This document shows, piece by piece, positions 41,037 through 63,250 of a stretch of DNA of 64,000 nucleotides. Below the pieces are notes generated by a model. The model did no database searches. It worked only from the letters and a program-made list of their open reading frames with translations, and was not told the DNA's origin. Source of the stretch: Eledone cirrhosa (Eukaryota); the NCBI GenBank assembly GCA_964016885.1, contig OZ024744.1, positions 81,344,001 through 81,408,000 of the forward strand, given 5' to 3'. Position numbers and translations under genes: made by a program. How positions within the stretch are numbered: the stretch's first letter is position 1; each line of letters opens with the position of its first letter.

Positions 41037-41525
41037 GTAAAAAATTGAACGGTAACAAAACAGAGGCAGTACGAACAAAGGTTTATTAGTTTCACGCTCT
41101 TGAGAGTGTGGTGGTGGTGGTGGGGAACGACGTTTCGGGCATAAGTCCTTCTTCAGGTGAAAAGTGTGTGGGAAGAGAGTTCCAAGGGTGTGTAGGGGAG
41201 TGGTGGAGAGACATATAGAAAAAAGGGCGTGAGAGGAAACGGTACAAATGAAATTAAATATAAAAGCATGATAAAAATAAACATGAAGTAAAACAGGTGG
41301 TGGGAGGGTGTGGGGCGTGTAGGGGTTGGGGTGGGTGGAGAGGGGGCAGGGAGGGCTGAAGGTGGTGGTGTGTGTGTAGGTGTACGTGTGTGTGTGTGTG
41401 TGTGTGAAAGTAAGAGTTGGGGGAGTTGCATCTTCAGGAAGAGGTGTGAGTGGGGTGTAGGTCGGTGTGCGTGTACGGCTGGGGAGGGGTGAGGGGGAGA
41501 GGATTCCGGAGGCTGAGTGTGTAAA
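41037..41525 (-). mobile_element. Penelope-like LTR fragment inserted in a microsatellite
   Basis: Minimal hammerhead motif followed downstream by aataaa on the minus strand; flanked by TA/CA runs. Confidence 0.55.
41126..41160 (-). ncRNA. Minimal type I hammerhead motif
   Basis: AC-CUGAAGA-A-GGAC-UUAU-GCCC-GAAA-CG-UC-GU. Palindromic ACGU stem III, one mismatch in stem II, weak stem I. Confidence 0.6.
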
Positions 41526-41649
41526 TATACATACATATATATATACATATATACACATATATATACATACATATATACACACATATATATATACCTTTAT
41601 ACACATATATATATACAGATATATATATACTTATATACACATATATATA

Positions 41650-41912
41650 TATCATCATCATCGTTTAATGTCCATCTTCCACGCTAGCATGGGTTAGACG
41701 GGAGTGGTGCAACCTGAGGCAAGGTGGGTCGGGTGACTGTGTCTCGCTCATATAGAACTATCTGGCAGGTTTTCTATGGCTGGATGCCCTTCCTAACACC
41801 AACCACATTTACAGTGTGGGACTGGGGACTTTTTACCGTGTTACCTACCAGGCCACATTACAGCGTGGACTGTGTGTTTTTTTTGTAGTGACACCTACAC
41901 GATCTCGATCTC
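41650..41912 (-). mobile_element. RTE 3'UTR / family C fragment
   Basis: Reverse-complement similarity to 43720-44090. Confidence 0.85.
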
Positions 41913-42047
41913 ATCATCTCATATATATTTACATATATACACACACATATATATATATACATATATACACATATATATATATGTATACATATATACACAT
42001 ATATATATATATATACATATATACACATATATATATATATACATATA

Positions 42048-44093
42048 TCTGGAACGGTGGGACACACCATGGTCACCCGGATAGTAAATGGGGTTGTTCC
42101 GAAGGACTGGCATAGCAGCATCATCATTAACTGTTACAAGGGAAAAGGAGATGCCCTAGCTAGGAGTAACTATAGAGGCATTAAATTAATCGACCAGGTC
42201 ATGAAGGTCACGGACAAAGTAATAGCGCAACTAATCAGAGAAAGAATTGATCTAGATGAAATGCAGTTCGCGTTTGTGTCAGGCAAAAGTACCACAGACG
42301 CTCTTTTCATTGTACGACAACTACAGGAGAAGTACCTAGCTAAAAGTAAACCCCTATACTTAGTTTTTGTCGACTTGGAGAAAGCCTTCGACAGAGTCAC
42401 CCGTTCCATTATCTGGTGGGCTCTTAGAAAACTAGGAGTCGACGAATGGCTTGTGAAGCTATACAAGCCATGTATAAAGAAACAGTCAGCAAGGTTAGAA
42501 TTAACAACGAATATAGTGAAGAGTTTAGCGTAAAAGTTGGTGTTCATCAAGGCTCTGTTCTTAGCCCCCTACTATTTATTATTGCCCTTCAGGCTATAAC
42601 AGTGGAGTTCAAGACCGGCTGCCTATGGGAACTCCTATACGCAGATGATCTAACGCTCATAGCTAAATCAATGGCCGAGCTAGAGAAGAAATTCCAAACA
42701 TGGAAGCATAGCTTAGAATCAAAAGGCCTTAAAATTAACCTGTCTAAGACTAAAGTTCTAGTTTGTAGGAAAGAAAATAAGGCGCCGGTCCATTCCGGGA
42801 AATGGCCATGCTCAGTGTGTAGGAAAGGCATAGGTAGAAACTCCATTTTATGTCCCAAATGCAAAGTATGGGTGCATAAAAGATGTAGTGGGATCACAGG
42901 TAAGCTAAGAACATATTTACATGTGGCGGGTGCCCTGGTGCAATAAGTAGCAGCAAGTGCCCACAGAATACTAGCTCTTTCAATTGCGTAGAGGGTTCTA
43001 TAGAAATAGTGGACAGCTTCCGTTACCTGGGTGACAAAATCAGCAGTGGGGGAGGGTGCTCTGAAAGTACAGTAGCTAGAGTCAGAACTGGATGGAAAAA
43101 GTTCAGACAGCTTATACCACTATTAGCCGCTAAAGGGTTCTCCCTAAAAATGAAAGGCAGGCTGTATGATGCCTGCATACGAACATCAATGTTACATGGC
43201 AGTGAGACTTGGGCATTGTGTGCAGCAGATATACGCAGACTAGAGAGGAACAAAGCTTGCATGCTCCGCTGGATGTGTAATAGTAATATACGTGAACGGC
43301 AAAGCATAAACGAACTAAGGGAAAAATTAGAAATAAGAGGGATCAGATGTTGTTTACTCGAGAGAAGACTACGTTGGTATGATCACGTGATGCGCATGAA
43401 AGACGACAGCTGTATAAAAAAGTGCAGGGCAATGAAGATAGACGGTAGCCACGGAGTAGGCAGACCCAGAAAAACCTGGGACGACCTGATAAATTCCGAC
43501 CTCACACACTTACACCCCTCCAAGACAATGTCACTGGACCGAGATCTTTGGCTTTACTCAGTAATAGAGAAGACCCGCCTTGCCTAAATACAAAGTAAAC
43601 CTACTACAGTCAGTAGGCATCTCTAACAAAATACGCCCCCATCACACCACCACCACCCCCATCCACACCGCCCCTTTCAATGTAAAGTTACGTTGGTGCC
43701 ACAACATCCAGGCCGAAACAAATGAGATCGTGTAGGTGTCACGACAAAAAAACACACAGTCCACGCTGTAATGTGGCCGTGTAGGCAACACGGTAAAAAC
43801 CTCCCAGTCCCACACTGTAAATGTGGTTGGTGTTAGGAAGGGCATCCAGCTGTAGAAAACCCGCCAGACAGTCCACGCTGTAATGTGGCCGTGTAGGCAA
43901 CACGGTAAAAACCTCCCAGTCCCATACTGTAAATGTTGTTGGTGATAGGAAGGGCATCCAACTGTAGAAAACCCGCCAGACAGTCCTATGCGAGCAAGAC
44001 AACCACTCTTGCCTCAAGTGGGAAAACTCCCGTCCAAACCCATGCAAGAGTGGAACATGGACGTTAAACGATGATGATGATGATGATGATGAT
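42048..44093 (+). mobile_element. RTE-clade LINE, 5'-truncated, relatively young, frameshifted RT with long 3' UTR
   Basis: ORFs 42057-42533 ([24 protein letters not shown]), 42446-42946 (GVHQGSVLSP, YADD, Cys finger) and 43009-43587 (FRYLG, GRPRKTW). The 3' UTR has a duplicated aggaagggcatcc module and ends in (GAT)n. Confidence 0.96.
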
Positions 44094-44747
44094 ACATATA
44101 TACATATATATATATATACATATATACACATATATATATAAATGAGAGGAATAGAGATTGTTTTAGCAAGAAGCTAACGGCATTCTATAACATATATGCG
44201 ACTATAACGTCAAGATAGGAAAAGTAGTTAACGAAAGATTTAGGAAAAATAACTCAAACTCATCTCAAAAGAGAATCAGGATATAAATTCATCCACAGAA
44301 TTTAGTGAAATCCGGGGAAAAATCTATAGACCTTTAACTCATGATAAAATAAAGTTTGAAACACTTATCCTTCAATTTGGAATAACATCAAATGCTCTGT
44401 ATAGTCTTAAAAGACTATTTCATGAAAACTTTCAGTGGAGATGGTCACGGTTGGATTTCATTCATCAGCAGAGCTCAACAGAAAACCAGGGCTCTCACAG
44501 TAATATAATCCGAAAAAGGGAATTCTAAAACTGGCTAGTTCGCCTTCATGTATAATTATGAAAAAGCACATGAGGAAAAAAACGGGGCTAGTGACGTCAG
44601 GATGGAAGTGAATGTTTATTTACAAGAAATAGCAGTCAAATACATTCTGAAAAAAAACTCTACAAAAGGAGTTCAGCAAAATAGCAATAATTATCACAGT
44701 TTTTATGAAAAAAACCGGGATTAGTCACAGATAGTTTAAGCACTCTA

Positions 44748-45438
44748 TACATATATATATATACATATATACATATATACATACATATACATATATATAC
44801 ATATATATATACATATACATATATACATATACATATACATATACATATATATATACATATACATATACATATATATATACATATACATATACATATATAA
44901 ATATATACATATACATATACAAATATATACATATACATATATACATATACATATACAAATATATACATATACATATATACATATACATATATACATATAC
45001 ATATACATATATATACATATATACACATATATACATATACATATATACATATACATATATACATATACATATATATATACATATACATATATATATACAT
45101 ATATATATATACATATATATATACACATATATATACATATACATATATATATATACATATATATATACATATATATACATATATATACATATATATATAC
45201 ATATATATACATATATACATATATATATACACATATATATACATATACATATATATATATACATATATATATACATATATATACATATATATACATATAT
45301 ACATATATACATATATATACATATATACATATATACATATATATATACATATACATATATATATACATATACATATATATATATACATATATATATACAT
45401 ATATATATATATACATATATATATACATATATATATAC

Positions 45439-45503
<65 letters not shown>

Positions 45504-45592
45504 CATATACATATACATATATATACATACATATATATATACATATATATATATACATATATACATATATATATATATACATATATATATAC

Positions 45593-45643
<51 letters not shown>

Positions 45644-45654
45644 CATATATATAC

Positions 45655-45687
<33 letters not shown>

Positions 45688-46000
45688 CATATATATATAT
45701 ACATATATATATATATACATATATATACATATACATATATATACATATACATATATATACATATATATATACATATATATATATATACATATATACATAT
45801 ATATATATACATATATATATACATATATATATACATATATATATACATATATATATACATATATACATATATATATACATATATATATACATATATATAT
45901 ACATATATATATATACATATATATACATATATATATATACATATATATATATACATATATATATATATACATACATATATATATACATATATATATAATA
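44748..46000. repeat. (TA)n/TACA microsatellite
   Basis: Directly visible. Confidence 0.98.
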
Positions 46001-46280
46001 TATATATAATTTTAATTTTGGTAAAGGTATATTATTATAATGTATTATGTTTATTGCATTGTGTTATATATAATTCCTGCTCTATATAACCAAATTTGTT
46101 TAGATTTAGGTTAGTTGCTTTGGACTATATTTGTAATATGGTTCTTAATGTTATCTACATCCTTAGTTATTCTTATTATTATATATTTTTATTTTCATAT
46201 ATTTTTGTAAGACTTTAGTGTATGTACACTCCATATTCTTCAGGGTTTCCGGCTTGTATCTGCCGATATTACTTCTTGTT

Positions 46281-46336
46281 GTTTTGATTGCCCTGATGAG
46301 TCCTTAATAGGACGAAACATTGTCGGCTAATAAAAA
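46281..46336 (+). ncRNA. Canonical minimal type I hammerhead ribozyme (Penelope-LTR type)
   Basis: GCC-CUGAUGA-GUCCU-UAAU-AGGAC-GAAA-CAUUG-UC^GGC. All core residues canonical; predicted cleavage after 46324; aataaa immediately downstream. Confidence 0.85.
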
Positions 46337-46376
46337 CTTTTGATGTATTAAAGGATTCTTTGTTTTACTCTCTTAA

Positions 46377-47225
<849 letters not shown>

Positions 47226-48718
47226 GAATATAGACATAGAATATTCGAAAATATTCTGTATGTTTATAATAAACATTTTGAAGACCTAATCGCTATAGAA
47301 TAGAATACGTCACGTATTACAATTAGATTCTCGATAAAAGCAAGGGAAGTAATCCACGCGTTTCATTCTCGTTAGAAATCATCAGGACTACATATCCAGT
47401 GCTTTTATCGAGAATGACACAGCTAGAGACTTATAGAATACTTAGCTGTGTACAGGAACTGGTTTGAAAGAGCGGTTGCCGGTCCGGCAGAAATTAGAAA
47501 TTGGAATAAATGCTCTGAAATAGCGATATATATGTGAATATAGACATAGAATATTCGAAAATATTCTGTATCTTTATAATAAACATTTTGAAGACCTAAT
47601 CGCTATAGAATAGAATACGTCACGTATTACAATTAGATTCTCGATAAAAGCAAGGGAAGTAATCCACGCGTTTCATTCTCGTTAGAAATCATCAGGACTA
47701 CATATCCAGTGCTTTTATCGAGAATGACACAGCTAGAGACTTATAGAATACTTAGCTGTGTACAGGAACTGGTTTGAAAGAGCGGTTGCCGGTCCGGCAG
47801 AAATTAGAAATTGGAATAAATGCTCTGAAATAGCGATATATATGTGAATATAGACATAGAATATTCGAAAATATTCTGTATGTTTATAATAAACATTTTG
47901 AAGACCTAATCGCTATAGAATAGAATACGTCACGTATTACAATTAGATTCTCGATAAAAGCAAGGGAAGTAATCCACGCGTTTCATTCTCGTTAGAAATC
48001 ATCAGGACTACATATCCAGTGCTTTTATCGAGAATGACACAGCTAGAGACTTATAGAATACTTAGCTGTGTACAGGAACTGGTTTGAAAGAGCGGTTGCC
48101 GGTCCGGCAGAAATTAGAAATTGGAATAAATGCTCTGAAATAGCGATATATATGTGAATATAGACATAGAATATTCGAAAATATTCTGTATGTTTATAAT
48201 AAACATTTTGAAGACCTAATCGCTATAGAATAGAATACGTCACGTATTACAATTAGATTCTCGATAAAAGCAAGGGAAGTAATCCACGCGTTTCATTCTC
48301 GTTAGAAATCATCAGGACTACATATCCAGTGCTTTTATCGAGAATGACACAGCTAGAGACTTATAGAATACTTAGCTGTGTACAGGAACTGGTTTGAAAG
48401 AGCGGTTGCCGGTCCGGCAGAAATTAGAAATTGGAATAAATGCTCTGAAATAGCGATATATATGTGAATATAGACATAGAATATTCGAAAATATTCTGTA
48501 TGTTTATAATAAACATTTTGAAGACCTAATCGCTATAGAATAGAATACGTCACGTATTACAATTAGATTCTCGATAAAAGCAAGGGAAGTAATCCACGCG
48601 TTTCATTCTCGTTAGAAATCATCAGGACTACATATCCAGTGCTTTTATCGAGAATGACACAGCTAGAGACTTATAGAATACTTAGCTGTGTACAGGAACT
48701 GGTTTGAAAGAGCGGTTG
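47226..48718 (-). repeat. 310-bp tandem array, left arm (~4.8 units), hammerhead on minus strand
   Basis: Units start at 47226, 47536, 47846, 48156 and 48466. Hammerhead motifs at 47327-47415, 47637-47725, 47947-48035, 48257-48345 and 48567-48655. Confidence 0.97.
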
Positions 48719-50004
48719 TTCTATGTCTATATTCACATATATATCGCTATTTCAGAGCATTTATTCCAATTTCTAATTTCTGCCGGACCGGCAACCGCTC
48801 TTTCAAACCAGTTCCTGTACACAGCTAAGTATTCTATAAGTCTCTAGCTGTGTCATTCACGATAAAAGCACTGGATATGTAGTCCTGATGATTTCTAACG
48901 AGAATGAAACGCGTGGATTACTTCCCTTGCTTTTATCGAGAATCTAATTGTAATACGTGACGTATTCTATTCTATAGCGATTAGGTCTTCAAAATGTTTA
49001 TTATAAACATACAGAATATTTTCGAATATTCTATGTCTATATTCACATATATATCGCTATTTCAGAGCATTTATTCCAATTTCTAATTTCTGCCGGACCG
49101 GCAACCGCTCTTTCAAACCAGTTCCTGTACACAGCTAAGTATTCTATAAGTCTCTAGCTGTGTCATTCTCGATAAAAGCACTGGATATGTAATCCTGATG
49201 ATTTCTAACGAGAATGAAACGCGTGGATTACTTCCCTTGCTTTTATCGAGAATCTAATTGTAATACGTGACGTATTCTATTCTATAGCGATTAGGTCTTC
49301 AAAATGTTTATTATAAACATACAGAATATTTTCGAATATTCTATGTCTATATTCACATATATATCGCTATTTCAGAGCATTTATTCCAATTTCTAATTTC
49401 TGCCGGACCGGCAACCGCTCTTTCAAACCAGTTCCTGTACACAGCTAAGTATTCTATAAGTCTCTAGCTGTGTCATTCTCGATAAAAACACTGGATATGT
49501 AGTCCTGATGATTTCTAACGAGAATGAAACGCGTGGATTACTTCCCTTGCTTTTATCGAGAATCTAATTGTAATACGTGACGTATTCTATTCTATAGCGA
49601 TTAGGTCTTCAAAATGTTTATTATAAACATACAGAATATTTTCGAATATTCTATGTCTATATTCACATATATATCGCTATTTCAGAGCATTTATTCCAAT
49701 TTCTAATTTCTGCCGGACCGGCAACCGCTCTTTCAAACCAGTTCCTGTACACAGCTTAGTATTCTATAAGTCTCTAGCTGTGTCATTCTCGATAAAAGCA
49801 CTGGATATGTAGTCCTGATGATTTCTAACGAGAATGAAACGCGTGGATTACTTCCCTTGCTTTTATCGAGAATCTAATTGTAATACGTGACGTATTCTAT
49901 TCTATAGCGATTAGGTCTTCAAAATGTTTATTATAAACATACAGAATATTTTCGAATATTCTATGTCTATATTCACATATATATCGCTATTTCAGAGCAT
50001 TTAT

Positions 50005-50010
<6 letters not shown>
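48719..50010 (+). repeat. 310-bp tandem array, inverted right arm (~4.2 units), hammerhead on plus strand
   Basis: Reverse complement of the left arm. Hammerhead motifs at 48855-48943, 49165-49253, 49475-49563 and 49785-49873. Confidence 0.97.
49785..49873 (+). ncRNA. Type I hammerhead motif with extended stem I (one of 9 copies)
   Basis: AUUCUCGAUAAAAGCA-cuggauau-GUAGUC-CUGAUGA-U-UUCU-AACG-AGAA-U-GAAA-CGCG-U-G-GAUUAC-uucccu-UGCUUUUAUCGAGAAU. Atypical G17 and U10.1-U11.1. Confidence 0.75.
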
Positions 50011-50051
<41 letters not shown>

Positions 50052-50414
50052 TATACATATACATATATATATACATATATATATACATATACATATACAT
50101 ATATATATATACATATACATATATATATATACATATACATATATATATATACATATACATATACATACATATATATACATACATATACATATATATATAT
50201 ACATATACATATATATACATATATATATATACATATACATATATATACATACATATACATATATATATATACATATACATATATATACATATATATATAT
50301 ACATATACATATACATATACATATATATATACATATACATATATATATATATACATATATACATATACATATACATATATATACATATATATATATACAT
50401 ATATATATATATAC

Positions 50415-50461
<47 letters not shown>

Positions 50462-50620
50462 CATATACATACATATACATATATATATATACATATACAT
50501 ACATATACATATATATATACATATATATATATACATACATATATATACATATATATATATATATATACATATATATACATATATATATACATATATATAC
50601 ATATATATACATATATATAC

Positions 50621-50663
<43 letters not shown>

Positions 50664-50674
50664 TATACATATAT

Positions 50675-50729
<55 letters not shown>

Positions 50730-50730
50730 C

Positions 50731-50776
<46 letters not shown>

Positions 50777-50785
50777 ATATATATA
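50011..50785. repeat. (TA)n/TACA microsatellite
   Basis: Directly visible. Confidence 0.98.
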
Positions 50786-50923
50786 GGGTTCTATAGAAAT
50801 AGTGGACAGCTTCCGTTACCTGGGCGATAAAATCAGCAGTGGGGGAGGGTGCTCTGAAAGTACAGTAGCTAGAGTCAGAACTGGTTGGAAAAAGTTCAGA
50901 GAGCTTATACCACTATTAGCTGC
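50786..50923 (+). mobile_element. RTE LINE fragment cut by the assembly gap
   Basis: Nearly identical to 42992-43130 ([19 protein letters not shown]). Confidence 0.92.
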
Positions 50924-51123
50924 NNNNNNNNNNNNNNNNNNNNNNNNNNNNNNNNNNNNNNNNNNNNNNNNNNNNNNNNNNNNNNNNNNNNNNNNNNNNN
51001 NNNNNNNNNNNNNNNNNNNNNNNNNNNNNNNNNNNNNNNNNNNNNNNNNNNNNNNNNNNNNNNNNNNNNNNNNNNNNNNNNNNNNNNNNNNNNNNNNNNN
51101 NNNNNNNNNNNNNNNNNNNNNNN
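50924..51123. other. Assembly gap (200 N)
   Basis: N run. Confidence 1.
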
Positions 51124-60840
<9,717 letters not shown>

Positions 60841-61075
60841 CTAACAATAGAAATGATGAATGGATGGTGTAATAATACGATGAGTGTTTCAATAGATCAT
60901 GGATCCAGAAAGAACACACATAAATGAGGAGGGACAGACTGACTGACAGACAGACAGACAGACAAATATATGACCGGGACCACCGTATGTTTAAGGTGAA
61001 AATTTTCAAAGGCAAAATACACAGTTTAGTCATTGATGCAATAAAATAGAAAATGCTAGTGTTCGGGACACTTAC

Positions 61076-61324
61076 CTTTCTTACACCCTTGTAAATATAG
61101 AAGTAAAGCTCCCTTCCAACATTGAAACATATTCGATCAGGATACCCAGAAGCATCGTTAACGTTGATGAAGGAGACTTTAACAGGCGCATTTGCTTGTC
61201 CATTGTACGCTGCCCTAGTTGGTCTTGAATATTCAGACAAATGCATTTGTTTATATATTCCTTCCCGAGTGCCAAACTGACTTTTTATATCATCTTTTCC
61301 TCCACCCTCACTCTGAGCCGCCAT
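61076..61324 (-). CDS. WDR20: WD repeat-containing protein 20, coding exon 1 (83 codons, phase-0 donor)
   Basis: MAAQSEGGGKDDIKSQFGTREGIYK...SEYSRP...DRICFNVGRELYFYIYKGVRK matches the N-terminus of WDR20 as I recall it (EGGGK...KTQFTTREGLYK...SEYSRP...DRLCFNVGRELYFYIYKGVRK). AAG|GTAAGT donor at 61076/61075; start context aaacATGG. Confidence 0.93.
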
Positions 61325-63250
61325 GTTTGGTCTATGCTAAGATGACAGGTACCCGGATATCGTATCATTGCGCAAAATCAAAGTGTCGCTTCCGATTCCA
61401 AGTTAAACAAATACACGTGTTCGAAGCACCATTCGTTACGTACAGATGTATATGGCAATTTATGTATGAATATGGTAATATTTAATTGTCGCTTACTGTA
61501 GTCCTTTATATATACATATATGTATAAACATTTCTTTGGGTTCCTTAGATGGTTAGGTTTTAATCGATCGGAGTGTTTAATTTCTCAATTCGTTTTGATT
61601 GCGTTATTACTCATTATTACAAACCATTGAGGACTGCCTGCTGCTTCACGAACTGGATTTTTTGCTTAAATTTTTTTACTGTCTTCCGTTCTCATATAAT
61701 CTATTATAAATACCCCCATATCTGTCTATATCCTAAATGGCATGTGATTCTTAGGAATGTTATATACTATTATATGTACGCTTACTGTAGCGAAAACTTT
61801 GAAACCTTGCAAAATAGTACTGCTTTTCTTTTTTCTTTTCATATATTTCATTTACAGTCACTTTTGTATGTATGTCGATTCTTTTATGACTGTCTATTTA
61901 TAACTAATCATTTAAGTATTCTTTTGTGTATAGCTGTCTTAATTCTTAATCATGTGTATCAACGGTGTCATACAGAAACGGAGCTCCTCGCCTTTGACTG
62001 AATTAAGTCTTTGATAGTAGCGTTAATCGTCAATTTAAAAATTCGTTAAGTCGACTAAATTCCAACACCTATTGTAATAGTAAATGTTATTAACTGAGAC
62101 AAATTCCGACCTATTATGAAGATAATCTTATATATTTTGTCATTTATTATTGTTTACAATTTTTATACTATTTAAAAAAATTTTTGATTGAAATATTTTA
62201 GTTTTTAATTCGCTATTTTGCCTTGACTATCTATATCCGTTATAAGTGGTTTTGTCTCAAAAAATATTTAGAGGGAAACACCAGTATTCCTTATTGGTAA
62301 TGAGTTACCACGTTTTCTCGATTCTCTCTCTATCTTTACCTATCTCTCACCCTCTCTCTATCTCATTAATTTCTATTGATTTGTTTCTTTTGTAAATCAT
62401 ATTCATTATATAAACTGTTATATATATAAATAAACGTCATTACAATTCGTTATTTGTTGACGGTTACTTATTGAGGTTGGCCTGTCCTTCCACAAATTAA
62501 ATGTTTGTTTATATTTTCTCGATTTTTTTTTTCTTATAAGTTCAATTCAGTGATGTACGAAAATATTTAAATATGTACTTCAATTCCTAAAGTATCGCAT
62601 TAGCTGTATTTCCTCTAAATTTAGGATAGATCTTCTGCCTACATAAAAAATTCACTTTCTGCTAAGATGATATATGGCCGTCAGTGATAAAGTTGACCCA
62701 GTGGTTTATAAAATTTTCAGGCCACTAACTTCTCTTGGCCCCCGACACTTCATGAACTGACAATATTAGATTACTCTTATCCTCGGTTTACTTCCGCAAC
62801 ACCCTGCTCACGTACAGTATATATGTATATATACACACACACACATATATATATATATAAACATTTATATTTGTCGGATTTCCAACAAATTAAATACCCC
62901 TTCTACTTATATATATATATATAGTCCCCAATACATCTGATGAAATCGACGAGAAACTACGAGTAATATGACTTCCACGTGTGTTGTTTGCTCTTTTATA
63001 TATTTATATTTTATCATGCCTTTGATACTGTGTGGACAAAGATCGCCGTTGAAAGGTCGGGTACGAAGTGTTTTTTTTTTTTTTTTTTATTTTTAATTTA
63101 TTTGACTGGGTATTTGCGTGTTGAGTTTTGGCTAGTTTAGACTTGTATTTCGTTGTTGGATAGTTGTATAAGGAAAAATTATATATATATATATATCATC
63201 GTACGTCCGATTAGACAGTCTGAGTCAACTGCACTCGTAAATATGTCGGA
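61325..63250. promoter_or_regulatory. WDR20 5' UTR / promoter region, CpG-retaining
   Basis: Lies upstream of the ATG, has few large repeats and visibly more CpG than the gene body. No specific sites assigned. Confidence 0.5.
62930..62972 (+). other. Degenerate hammerhead-like motif
   Basis: acat-CTGATGA-aatcgacga-GAAA-CT-acg-AG-TA-atat; stem II is poor. Confidence 0.3.

Noticed and set aside
44450-44475. Minus-strand CTGATGA-AT-GAAA
   Set aside because: No stem II and no pairing for stems I or III; treated as chance.
47226-50010. Array as CRISPR, rDNA/5S or tRNA cluster
   Set aside because: Units are identical over their full length (no spacers) and show no 5S or tRNA features.
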